Source: an uncultured Bacteroidales bacterium
Lineage (GTDB): Bacteria; Bacteroidota; Bacteroidia; Bacteroidales; CAIXZF01
DNA length: 64,000 nt
Reading direction: 5' to 3'
Assembly (NCBI GenBank): GCA_964608665.1
Contig: CAZSQJ010000012.1
Span: 7,208 to 71,207, forward strand
Position numbers and translations under genes: made by a program
The notes under the pieces: generated by a model
What the model was told of the DNA's origin: nothing
The model's database searches: none
The model's input: only the letters and a program-made list of their open reading frames with translations
In this document: one piece after another, positions 55,431 through 64,000 of the stretch
Layout: every line of letters starts with the position of its first letter
How positions within the stretch are numbered: the stretch's first letter is position 1

Positions 55431-57056
55431 ATGAATGTATCCGGAAACATTGTTGATGTGGTGCATCGCAGGATTTTTCCCGGGACCCTGGTCATTGAAA
55501 ACGGGCTGATCACGGAAATCAGGGAAGAACCGGCAGATAATCCTTCCTTTATCCTGCCGGGATTCATTGATGCACATGTTCACATTGAAAGTTCAATGCT
55601 GATCCCGTCGGAGTTCGCGCGCCTGGCAGTGGTACATGGTACGGTCGCCACGGTTTCCGATCCGCATGAAATTGCCAATGTGCTTGGAATTGAGGGAGTC
55701 AGGTTTATGATAGAAAACGGGAAGAAAGTCCCCTTTCATTTTTTCTTCGGAGCACCGTCCTGCGTTCCCGCCACACCTTTCGAAACTTCGGGTGCCCGCA
55801 TCGGGCTCATTGAAACGGAAGCATTGCTCCGTTCACAAGATATCTGGTATTTGTCGGAAATGATGAATTTTCCGGGTGTACTCCACGGCGACGAAGAGGT
55901 ACTGGGCAAACTCCGCCTGGCCCGCAAATACGGGAAAAAGACAGACGGTCATGCCCCCGGCCTGAGGGGTGATGATGCCAAACTGTACGCCAGGGCGGGC
56001 ATTTCCACAGATCATGAATGCTTTTCCTATGATGAGGCTGTTGACAAGATCAGGGCAGGGATGAAAATCCTGATCAGGGAAGGCAGTGCCGCCAGGAATT
56101 TCGAAGCCCTGATCCCGCTGATCAGCGAGTTTCCCGACCAGATCATGTTCTGTTCCGACGACAAACATCCCGACGACCTGGTGGACGGTCATATCAACCT
56201 GCTTGCCAAAAGAGCCATAGATATGGGTTATGACTGGATGAGCGTGCTGAGGGCCTGTACCCTTGTTCCGGTGCAACATTACGGCCTAACCGCCGGACTT
56301 CTGCAACCCGGTGACCAGGCCGATTTCGTGATGGTTGACAGTCTTTCTGAACTGAAGGTGCTGGAAACCTGGATCAAAGGAATAAAGGTGGCATCCGGAG
56401 GCACCAGCCGTATCAGTTCAGTGGCCGAAACACCTGTAAACCTGTTCCGTGCTGCCGTCCTGCAAGCAGAAGACCTTCTTGTCCCGGCCGAAGGAAACGG
56501 GATCAAAGTTCAAAAAGCCATCGACGGACAACTCATTACGGAGGTCCTCACCTGCGAACCCATGGTGGAAAACGGCTATATACAAAGCGATCCCGGCAGA
56601 GACATCCTCAAAATGATCGTGCTGAACCGATACTTTGAAGCCAAACCTGCCATCGGTTTTGTCAGCGGTTTTGGGCTCAGGCAGGGTGCCATTGCATCCA
56701 CAGTTGCCCACGACAGCCATAATATCATCGCAGTGGGTGTCAGTGACGCCGATATCCTCGAAGCCGTCAGACTGCTGATCAGCTCCAAAGGAGGCGTATC
56801 CCTGGCCTCGGGTGAGGAAAAACTGTTGCTGCCCCTTCCGGTTGCCGGTTTAATGTCGGATATGGATGGTTATCAGCTTGCTGAACAATACCAAAAGCTT
56901 GATGCCGGTGCAAAAAAACTCGGGAGTATGCTCAGATCGCCTTATATGACGCTGTCCTTCATGGCATTGCTCGTGATCCCTGAACTTAAACTCAGCGACA
57001 AGGGACTCTTCGACGGTACGGGCTTTCATTTCACCGACCTGATTGCAGGGAATTGA
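55431..57056 (+). CDS. ade: Adenine deaminase
   Basis: 541 aa. LPGFIDAHVHIESSMLIPSEFARLAVVHGTVATVSDPHEIANV, TDHECFSYDEA, FCSDDKHP. The C-terminal ...VAHDSHNIIAVG...GG... is typical of Ade-type adenine deaminases. Confidence 0.85.
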   Translation: MNVSGNIVDVVHRRIFPGTLVIENGLITEIREEPADNPSFILPGFIDAHVHIESSMLIPSEFARLAVVHGTVATVSDPHEIANVLGIEGVRFMIENGKKVPFHFFFGAPSCVPATPFETSGARIGLIETEALLRSQDIWYLSEMMNFPGVLHGDEEVLGKLRLARKYGKKTDGHAPGLRGDDAKLYARAGISTDHECFSYDEAVDKIRAGMKILIREGSAARNFEALIPLISEFPDQIMFCSDDKHPDDLVDGHINLLAKRAIDMGYDWMSVLRACTLVPVQHYGLTAGLLQPGDQADFVMVDSLSELKVLETWIKGIKVASGGTSRISSVAETPVNLFRAAVLQAEDLLVPAEGNGIKVQKAIDGQLITEVLTCEPMVENGYIQSDPGRDILKMIVLNRYFEAKPAIGFVSGFGLRQGAIASTVAHDSHNIIAVGVSDADILEAVRLLISSKGGVSLASGEEKLLLPLPVAGLMSDMDGYQLAEQYQKLDAGAKKLGSMLRSPYMTLSFMALLVIPELKLSDKGLFDGTGFHFTDLIAGN

Positions 57057-57129
57057 TGGTTTTTTTACAGAAAATGTTAAAAATTTGTAATTAATATATA
57101 TATTCTATTGTTTCTTATGTAGTTTTACT

Positions 57130-57137
57130 TATCTTTG
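57130..57137 (+). promoter_or_regulatory. TAnnTTTG -7 promoter element for the ArsR-family gene
   Basis: TATCTTTG at 57130-57137, 16 nt upstream of the ATG at 57154, in an AT-rich leader. Confidence 0.4.
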
Positions 57138-57153
57138 CAAAAAAAATAACGTT

Positions 57154-57453
57154 ATGGCAAAATTAGAATTAGACGTTGTAAAACTGGAAAGTGCTGCTAA
57201 TCGCCTCAGGGCGCTGGCACATCCGATGAGGATCGCAATCATCGAATTGCTTCAGGAAAAGGAAAAACTCAGTGTAACTGAAATTTACAAGAAGCTGAAG
57301 ATCGAGCAGGCTGCTGCTTCGCATCATCTGAACATTTTAAAAAGCAAAGGCATCCTTGCCTCCAAGAGGGACGGGAAGAAGATTTTCTATTCTCTCAGGA
57401 GCAAATCCCTGACCCAGATCATTGATTGCATCAACAGGTGCCACACTGAATAG
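57154..57453 (+). CDS. ArsR/SmtB-family winged-helix transcriptional regulator
   Basis: 99 aa. LRALAHPMRIAIIELLQEKEKLSVTEIYKKLKIEQAAASHHLNILKSKGILASKRDGKKIFYSL. Confidence 0.85.
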   Translation: MAKLELDVVKLESAANRLRALAHPMRIAIIELLQEKEKLSVTEIYKKLKIEQAAASHHLNILKSKGILASKRDGKKIFYSLRSKSLTQIIDCINRCHTE

Positions 57454-57456
57454 GGC

Positions 57457-59121
57457 TTACCTTTCCCATTTTTCCTCCAATTCCCAGTTACCCCTGATTT
57501 CAAGGGTACGCGGGTAGTATTCAACTCTTTCTGGTTGAAGCCGGAGGCGATAATTCCCGCCATCCCAGCGGGAATTATTGTTTCTGTCCATGATCAGTTT
57601 AAGCCTGTATTTGCCCGGTGATATCCAGGGAATTACCCAGTCGAAGCTTTCATTCCCCGTTGTCTCTTCCACCACCTGTCCCTTGTCGCTCAGAAGCTGC
57701 AGGATATAACGGCCTGTTTCCCCTGACCGGAACTGCACGCTGAGTTTCCCGTAATCCGATAGGGCCCTGGTGCCGAATTTGATGATAATGCTGTCGTTGG
57801 TCTGCGACAAATAGTTCCGGAACATGCCTGCCGGAAGGATCCACTGGTAAGCGGCTTTTTCATCCCACTTGTACCTCAGCTGCAGTCTGCGCTTCAGGCT
57901 GTCGGGAAAAAATGGAATGACGGAAAGACTGTCTTTCCCTGCCACCAGCAGGCTTTTATCCAGGACCGCATCAGAAATGGGATAAGGGAACCGTATTTCA
58001 CATACCTGCCCTGGTCTGAGGATGTTCCCGCCCGTTAAAACGGCCCGGAATCCTTTGTCTTCTTTGCTGTCTTTTCTGAAACGCCCGGTTTTTCCTATTC
58101 TGAGCAGGTCGACCCGCACTGTGTCCGCCCTGTCACCCACCATGAGTGCCAGGATAAGGGAGTCGGAGCTGATCGAAGGATGAAGCCAGCAGTACAAGGT
58201 ATCTCCAGCCCCGTTCCATTCCGGGATATACCACGCATCCGGCAATGTGAGGTCCGGGCTCAGCACTTTCATCTGCAGGCGGGAGGGTGGCAGGGTAAAA
58301 GGGATCACAAGCTGGGAAGCCTGCGCCATATAAGCCTTGAGCAGGCGGCAGGCGGTGTCCTTCTCCGTGTAAAGGAAGAGTTCGTGGCTTTTTCCGGGAA
58401 GCTTTCCCTTCAGGCTGTCAGATGCAGGGCCGGCTTCCGCCGGATTGGCGGAAAAGGCGATTGCTTCGCCGGGAAGATCCGCCAGGGAATTCTGGTCTTT
58501 GTCTTCAAGCGCAATCAGCCGGTAAAGACCTGCGCCAAGGTTTGTGAACCTGAAACTGCCGTCGGGATTGCTCCGGGTGATGTAACGCGGTTTTGAACTG
58601 AATATCATGCTGTCGGGTCCCGGAGGGTAAAGAAACACCATGATGTCTTTGACGGGTTCAAGATCGGATGCCTGTTTTACAACTCCTTCAAGAACCAGGG
58701 AATCGATTACGTCTCCGCTTGAAAAGACAAAGGTGAAATCTTTTAAGGGATTGCCTTCTGTGAAATCCTGAAGCGCATTGCCGAAATGCATGCTGTAGGT
58801 GGTGTTCTCCATAATCTTGCCGGGCAATACCAACGTCAGGGTCTTTCCCCTGATCTTCACCTCCGGCTGGTCTTCGGGGGCCGGGTTGACGATAAGCTGG
58901 CGGTTCAGGTCTTTCACCTGGACATACTCGTCGAAAGTAAGCCTGATGGTGTTCCCGCTGAATCGTTTGCTGAAATTTTCCGGTTCTGCATTCACAAGAA
59001 CGGGTGGATTACTGTCTCTCGGGCCGCCCGTTGGTGCCACAATATTGGCGCAGGAAGCAGTCAGAATTGCCACTGCGGCCAATAATGAACGGGGATAACA
59101 GCAATTAATCCGCTTCCGCAT
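57457..59121 (-). CDS. Ig-like (SbsA/Big_5-like) domain lipoprotein
   Basis: 554 aa. Lipobox AILTASC. APTGGPRDSNPPVLVNAEPENFSKRFSGNTIRLTFDEYV is typical of a conserved Bacteroidetes Ig-like lipoprotein. 17-nt overlap with the upstream deacetylase gene. Confidence 0.65.
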   Translation of the reverse strand: MRKRINCCYPRSLLAAVAILTASCANIVAPTGGPRDSNPPVLVNAEPENFSKRFSGNTIRLTFDEYVQVKDLNRQLIVNPAPEDQPEVKIRGKTLTLVLPGKIMENTTYSMHFGNALQDFTEGNPLKDFTFVFSSGDVIDSLVLEGVVKQASDLEPVKDIMVFLYPPGPDSMIFSSKPRYITRSNPDGSFRFTNLGAGLYRLIALEDKDQNSLADLPGEAIAFSANPAEAGPASDSLKGKLPGKSHELFLYTEKDTACRLLKAYMAQASQLVIPFTLPPSRLQMKVLSPDLTLPDAWYIPEWNGAGDTLYCWLHPSISSDSLILALMVGDRADTVRVDLLRIGKTGRFRKDSKEDKGFRAVLTGGNILRPGQVCEIRFPYPISDAVLDKSLLVAGKDSLSVIPFFPDSLKRRLQLRYKWDEKAAYQWILPAGMFRNYLSQTNDSIIIKFGTRALSDYGKLSVQFRSGETGRYILQLLSDKGQVVEETTGNESFDWVIPWISPGKYRLKLIMDRNNNSRWDGGNYRLRLQPERVEYYPRTLEIRGNWELEEKWER

Positions 59122-59770
59122 GCCTGTTCCCTGGTTTTGGATGAATTCCCGGCAGATCGGGGATAAGACTGAAATCGAAGCCTGCTTTCCTTGCCTGCAG
59201 AATGAATTCAGGCACCACCTCCAGCATGGTGTTGCGTGCCTTCAGGCTGTCGTGGAAAACGAAGATATTTCCCGGTTTCAGGTGATCAAGGCAGTTCTTC
59301 AGGCATCTTTCGGCATTGTTTCGGTTATCAAAATCACCCGACAGCACCGACCACTGGATGATCTGAAACTGCCTGAGCAATGCCCTGACCTGGGGAGGTC
59401 TGATCCTTCCGTGGGGTGGCCTGAAGAGGTCTGAAGGCACCAGCTGGCTGCACTGCCCGGTATTGTTCAGGTAGGTGCCGGTAGGGGTTTTCCATCCGTT
59501 GAGATGGTTGTAGGTGTGGTTGCCACAGCGATGTCCGTCATCTATAAGTTTCTGATAAACAGGATAGTGATGAAATACATTTTCCCCCACACAGAAGAAG
59601 GTGGCTTTTACATTATGCTCCCTCAGGATGTCGAGCAAGGGGAGGGTCACTTCTGGAACCGGCCCGTCGTCGAAGGTCAGGTAGAGCTTTTTACCCTCCC
59701 CCGGAATCCGCCACCAGATCCTCCTGGAATGCATCGCCATGGCTATTTTGGGTGGGGTGATAAAGTACAT
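59105..59770 (-). CDS. Polysaccharide deacetylase (CE4 / NodB homology)
   Basis: ORF 59105..59794. Start probably M9 (MYFITPPKI, ATG at 59768-59770). LTFDDGP, ATFFCVGEN, GNHTYNH, FRPPHG. Confidence 0.85.
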   Translation of the reverse strand: MYFITPPKIAMAMHSRRIWWRIPGEGKKLYLTFDDGPVPEVTLPLLDILREHNVKATFFCVGENVFHHYPVYQKLIDDGHRCGNHTYNHLNGWKTPTGTYLNNTGQCSQLVPSDLFRPPHGRIRPPQVRALLRQFQIIQWSVLSGDFDNRNNAERCLKNCLDHLKPGNIFVFHDSLKARNTMLEVVPEFILQARKAGFDFSLIPDLPGIHPKPGNRHAEAD

Positions 59771-59827
59771 CCTGATGAATGATGATGTTTGCAAATGCTG
59801 AAATTCAGTTAGCGGGCATGGGTTCCC

Positions 59828-62800
59828 TTAAGGATTCATTTCATTTTCGCGCTGATACTGTCCGTAATACTGTTCGAACAGGCTTTTCGATTGATTGTGT
59901 ATGCCTGAGTCCTCAAGGATTTCAGCCAGCTGGGAGATACGCTGCATCACTCCCAGGGCGATTTGTTTTTCACGCTGGGGTTTCAGGGCTTTGTCTCCTT
60001 TGAAGGTAAAATAGTACACGAGATCCTGTTTGTAAAGGTCCATGAGCCGGTTCAGGACGGCCCTGCCTTCGGATGCATGCCCGGTTTTATAAAAGACATC
60101 GGCGAAGGGGAGCACGAAAAAGTCATAGGGTATCACATGATCGGGGACGATCTGCAGGCATTTTCTCGCCACGGCCAGAGCGGAGTCATTCCTGCCTTCG
60201 TCAAGCAGGGCGGAGGCAAGGCGGGCAAAAAGGTTCCTCAGGTTGGAAGCCATCCGGATATGATCGTCGCTGTAATAAAGCCGCGGATCCGACATGTCGA
60301 TGGTGAATTTGTTCATCAGGTTGTCGTACATGATCCGGGTGTTGATACGCCCGGTATTTCCGTCGTCTGAGGTGTTTAGGACGGGTACCAGCCGGTATGC
60401 GAATCCTTCAAGCTGGAACCAGGGCTGCAGATCCAGGTAATTCTCGTCGCCGATGGTGAGTGCGAAATATACCGGCCTTTCCCAGTTGAAATGACCAAGC
60501 AGGTCAAGTACCATCAGGTGGTTTTTCTGGACAGCCTGCCTGTCTAAGGTCCATTCGATGGAGGCCTGCACTTCACCGGCCTGCTCCGGGGCTACGGTGC
60601 CGTTGGCCAGCACCAGCGCGGTATCGACGGGAATCCTGATTTTGCTGGTCGGAAAATACTCCAGCGCACCGTATTGGCTCTGGTATTTGGTATTCGGATT
60701 ATCGCTTGCGGCGTAACGGATCAGATCCCTGAGGTTGTAATAGGCATTGGTGTCCACGGCGGCCGGGTTGTCGATGAGATAGACGATGTCGAGGCTTCCC
60801 TGGCGGTATTTCTCTTTGGTGAGTGAAAAAGGAACCGCATCGCTCAGGTAAGCCTTGCGTTTCATCTGGTCGATATACCAGTCCGTCTGAAGCAGGCTCA
60901 GGTTGCAAACCCTTACGTCGGTGCGTATTCCTTCCACTTCCTGCGCATACCACAAGGGGAAGGTGTCGTTGTCGCCGTTGGTGAACAGGATGGCGTTCGG
61001 TGCGCAGGAGTTCAGGTAGGCTGAAGCAAGCTGCAGTACGGTATACCTTCCCGAACGGTCATGGTCGTCCCAGCCTTCCCTGGCAAGGATGCCCGGGACA
61101 AGGATGATGCAAACCAGGCTCACTGCGATGGCCGTGACCCTGGCTTTGATCTTTTGTCCGGCAGCCTTCTGCAGCCAGGACACCAGTGCTGAAACTCCCA
61201 ACCCTATCCAGATGGCAAAAGCATAAAAGGAAGCCGCATAGGAATAATCCCTTTCCCTCGGCTGCGGTGCATACTGGTTAAGATACAGCACGATGGCGAT
61301 TCCTGTCATAAAGAAAAGCAGGCTTACCACCAGGGCATCACGGTAGTTTCGTTTGAAATGATAATACAGTCCCGCAAGCCCTAACAGCAGGGGAAGGAAA
61401 TAAAACCGGTTCCTGGCCTTGTTGTGCGCGTTTTCCGGCAGCCCGGACTGGGGCCCAAGCCGTGCCTCGTCTATGAACGGAATGCCGCTGATCCAGTTCC
61501 CGTTCGTGATGTCTCCCCTTTTGGATTCCGTATACCCCATGCCCTGCCTGTCATTCTGCCGTCCCGCGAAATTCCACATAAAGTACCGCCAGTACATAAA
61601 ATTCAGCTGGTAACGGAAGAAATACCGGAGGTTCTCCCCGAAGGTCGGTTTCATAATGGTTTCGGTCCCTCCCTCCGGACTGTTGACCGTTACCGGAACA
61701 CCCCTGATGTCAGCCCAGTTTTTATAGGCTGTTTCATGTTCCGCCTGGGTCGACGACCACATACGGGGAAACAGGGTGGTAAAACGTTGGTCGAATTCGG
61801 GTAAAACCCCTTTTCTGGAATCGGTGACCACGTACCTGCCGGTTTTGGTATCCTTTGAGTACACCGGATTGCCGTCCTTGCGTCCTGTAACGGGGGCATT
61901 GAAGTAATTCCCGTGCAGTACCGGCCAGTCTCCGTATTGTTCCCGGTTCAGGTAAGCCAGCAGGTTGATGGCGTTGTCGGGGTTGTTTTCATCGATGGGT
62001 GTGTCGGCATTGGATCGGATCACCAGCATCAGGAAGGAAGAATAGCCGATCAGGATAAAAGTGAAGGCAAGCAGCAGGGTGTTCCACACCATTTTCCGTT
62101 TCCTGTGGGTTACCACCAACCCCCAGCTCAGGCCGCCGATCAGCAGCAGCAGGTATATCACCGTGCCCGTATTGAAAGGGAGCCCGGCGACGTTAATGAA
62201 GAACAGTTCGAACCATCCTGCCAGCTTCACCACCCAGGGGATAATACCGTTCATAACCAGGCCGAGGATCACCAGGGAAAGGAATCCGACAAGGAGTATG
62301 TACTTCCAGTGGTGGTTTTTATAGGTTTTGAAGAAGAAAATAAACGCCATGGCCGGAATGGTGAGCAGGTTGAGCAGGTGAACCCCGATCGACAGGCCAG
62401 TCAGGTAAGCGATCAGCAGCAGCCAGCGCGTGGCTTTCCTCCCGGGTTCCGATGCCTCCCATCTGAGCATGGCCCAGAACACCACGGCCGTAAAGAGGGA
62501 AGACATGGCATACACTTCTCCTTCCACGGCCGAGAACCAGAATGAATCTGTGAAGGTAAAGGCCAATGCCCCGGCCAGGGCGCTTCCGAAAATGATAATC
62601 TGGTTGTCACCGGTCATGCCGTCCGCTTTCAGCATCATCTTTTTTACGAGCATGGTGATCGTCCAGAAGAGGAACATGATGGTGAAACCGCTGGAAACGG
62701 CCGACATCACATTGACCATCTGCGCGACCATGGCATTGTCGCCCATGGCTATCAGGGAGAAAAACCGCCCGGTCATCTGGAAGAGGGGCGCTCCGGGAGG

Positions 62801-62962
62801 ATGACCCACCAGGAGCTTGAAGGCGGTGGCGATGTATTCGCCGCAATCCCAGAAGCTGACGGTGGGTTCAGAAGTGAGGATATATACGGCGGAGGCAAAC
62901 AGGCCAACCACCCAGCCCAGGATATTGTTGATTTTCCGGTAGGTCTTGCCTGGATCAGTCAT
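59828..62962 (-). CDS. DUF2723 (TMEM260-like, predicted GT-C-fold glycosyltransferase) large membrane protein with a C-terminal soluble helical domain
   Basis: 1044 aa. N-terminal ~600 aa have many TM helices, with SFWDCGEYIATAFKLLVGHPPGAPLFQM near the N-terminus (the DUF2723 hallmark as I recall it). The C-terminal half is soluble and helical. Confidence 0.7.
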   Translation of the reverse strand: MTDPGKTYRKINNILGWVVGLFASAVYILTSEPTVSFWDCGEYIATAFKLLVGHPPGAPLFQMTGRFFSLIAMGDNAMVAQMVNVMSAVSSGFTIMFLFWTITMLVKKMMLKADGMTGDNQIIIFGSALAGALAFTFTDSFWFSAVEGEVYAMSSLFTAVVFWAMLRWEASEPGRKATRWLLLIAYLTGLSIGVHLLNLLTIPAMAFIFFFKTYKNHHWKYILLVGFLSLVILGLVMNGIIPWVVKLAGWFELFFINVAGLPFNTGTVIYLLLLIGGLSWGLVVTHRKRKMVWNTLLLAFTFILIGYSSFLMLVIRSNADTPIDENNPDNAINLLAYLNREQYGDWPVLHGNYFNAPVTGRKDGNPVYSKDTKTGRYVVTDSRKGVLPEFDQRFTTLFPRMWSSTQAEHETAYKNWADIRGVPVTVNSPEGGTETIMKPTFGENLRYFFRYQLNFMYWRYFMWNFAGRQNDRQGMGYTESKRGDITNGNWISGIPFIDEARLGPQSGLPENAHNKARNRFYFLPLLLGLAGLYYHFKRNYRDALVVSLLFFMTGIAIVLYLNQYAPQPRERDYSYAASFYAFAIWIGLGVSALVSWLQKAAGQKIKARVTAIAVSLVCIILVPGILAREGWDDHDRSGRYTVLQLASAYLNSCAPNAILFTNGDNDTFPLWYAQEVEGIRTDVRVCNLSLLQTDWYIDQMKRKAYLSDAVPFSLTKEKYRQGSLDIVYLIDNPAAVDTNAYYNLRDLIRYAASDNPNTKYQSQYGALEYFPTSKIRIPVDTALVLANGTVAPEQAGEVQASIEWTLDRQAVQKNHLMVLDLLGHFNWERPVYFALTIGDENYLDLQPWFQLEGFAYRLVPVLNTSDDGNTGRINTRIMYDNLMNKFTIDMSDPRLYYSDDHIRMASNLRNLFARLASALLDEGRNDSALAVARKCLQIVPDHVIPYDFFVLPFADVFYKTGHASEGRAVLNRLMDLYKQDLVYYFTFKGDKALKPQREKQIALGVMQRISQLAEILEDSGIHNQSKSLFEQYYGQYQRENEMNP

Positions 62963-62977
62963 ATGTTCAGTGTTAGG

Positions 62978-64000
62978 TTAACTTCCGCTGCTCTTGGTGG
63001 CAAGGAAAGTCTCTATTTTTTTGGCCTGCGCTTCCTGTTTGTTTTCCCTTGCAAGCTGGGCAAGCCTTCTCAAAACCATGATCTCTGTCTGTCTTGTCTT
63101 GTCGAAGTACTTCGAGAATCTGGGTTGCTGGCGGTCGTAATACTTCACGTTCTCAGTCATCATATCCGACAGGGTTTCAAGCAGTTTAACACCCTTTTCC
63201 GTGGCTCCGGCCGTGAAATAGACTTCTACGAAGGGTAACATGTAATAGTCGTAATGGATCTTTTCATTCGGAAAAATCTCCTGTACCCGGTCGGCTGCCA
63301 TCACGGCGCTGTCTTTTTTGTTCTCCAGCAACAGCCTTTGTGCCAGCCTCAGGAAAGCATTTTTCGGAATCATCGAGTTGCGGTAGCTTTCCCTGTCAAC
63401 GGTAACCCTCGGATCGGCAAGATTCCCCCATTTGCAGCGGTTCATCAGGATATCAAAGGAGGGATCGGAAGAAGAAACTCCTCCCATACCCTGAATCTGA
63501 TCTTCGACCACCACCGGGATAAACTTGTACACAAAACCGGTCAGGTGGCAGTACTGGTTGATTTCCATGAAATCCTCCACCGTGGAGGGATTGGCGAAGT
63601 AGAGCGGACGGGTCCAATTGCTGCTGGCAAGGAAATCGAGCAACATCAGCTCATTCTTGAACAGGTAGCTTTTCTGCATGGTCCACTCGATGACGGGAAC
63701 GATCCGGCCTGCCATTTCCGGGGGCACGATCCCGTATTTCACCGCATTGGCCGAATCCACCTTCAGACGGAAGTTTTTGGTGGGGGTGTAACTGATCTTG
63801 CGTCCGGTTTGCAGGGCCAGCTTGGTTTGTTCATCGTCGCTGTTGATGAAATCGATCACCTGCTTCAAATCCACATAACCGGGTATTTCCCTGTCATAGA
63901 AGGGGATGTAATCATTCACACCCTTGTCGTACTTTGCAGGCGGAAGGGTGAAAGGCATGGGTTCGGCGTCATAGATCTTTCGGCCAAGCTGGTGGATGTA
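62978..64000 (-). CDS. Second DUF2723-family paralogue, 5'-truncated by the window edge (only the C-terminal soluble half is visible)
   Basis: The frame stays open from 63958 to nt 64000 (...YIHQLGRKIYDAEPMPFTLPPAKY). It aligns with WYIDQMKRKAYLSDAVPFSLTKEKY and downstream blocks (NWERPVYFA vs NWTRPLYFA; PYDFFVLPFADVFYKTG vs HYDYYMLPFVEVYFTAG) of the neighbouring gene. Confidence 0.7.
   Translation of the reverse strand, partial: YIHQLGRKIYDAEPMPFTLPPAKYDKGVNDYIPFYDREIPGYVDLKQVIDFINSDDEQTKLALQTGRKISYTPTKNFRLKVDSANAVKYGIVPPEMAGRIVPVIEWTMQKSYLFKNELMLLDFLASSNWTRPLYFANPSTVEDFMEINQYCHLTGFVYKFIPVVVEDQIQGMGGVSSSDPSFDILMNRCKWGNLADPRVTVDRESYRNSMIPKNAFLRLAQRLLLENKKDSAVMAADRVQEIFPNEKIHYDYYMLPFVEVYFTAGATEKGVKLLETLSDMMTENVKYYDRQQPRFSKYFDKTRQTEIMVLRRLAQLARENKQEAQAKKIETFLATKSSGS

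Noticed and set aside
62978-63958. Treating the last ORF as a complete 326-aa gene starting at the Met at 63958
   Set aside because: The frame remains open to nt 64000. The upstream residues (YIHQLGRKIYDAEP) align with the internal region of the adjacent DUF2723 protein, so the gene is truncated by the window edge.

Overview
This window looks like a chromosomal segment of a Bacteroidota-type genome. The evidence is several T9SS-type C-terminal sorting domains, a SprB-type repeat, TAnnTTTG promoter-like motifs upstream of several starts, and sigma54-activator/lptE/secG/groES/groEL synteny. I call about 45 protein genes. I recognised no rRNA, tRNA, CRISPR array, transposase or integrase. Layout: (i) 0.2-17.5 kb is a minus-strand, operon-like block of five very large extracellular proteins carrying FISUMP, Asp-box propeller, CARDB, thrombospondin-3, cohesin-like and dockerin-like modules, with one T9SS sorting domain. 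(ii) 17.6-26.1 kb holds a MORN-variant lipoprotein, a TonB-dependent receptor, an Xaa-Pro aminopeptidase, a DUF2461 protein, a cohesin-like T9SS protein and a GH20 hexosaminidase. (iii) 26.2-33.5 kb is a tightly packed six-gene hydrogenase-4/complex-I-like operon. (iv) 33.5-43 kb holds an XRE regulator with a membrane protein, an acyl-CoA ligase, a four-gene operon (two DRE-TIM lyase-like genes, a sensor-nucleotidyltransferase and a metallophosphoesterase), an outer-membrane barrel, an orphan receiver and a PKD/T9SS protein. (v) 43-64 kb holds an ECF sigma module, DUF4838, a sigma-54 activator, lptE, secG, groES, groEL, DUF4468, an amidohydrolase, adenine deaminase, ArsR, an Ig-like lipoprotein, a CE4 deacetylase and tandem DUF2723 paralogues. 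The main lead is the hyf-like operon. Read by motif, its membrane arm looks intact. Its peripheral arm has lost both NiFe CxxC pairs, all four NuoB-type [4Fe-4S] cysteines and one of the two ferredoxin cluster motifs, yet every ORF is full length. That suggests a redox-crippled relative of energy-converting hydrogenases with unknown function. All calls rest on ORF structure and motifs I recognise by eye; no database search was possible.
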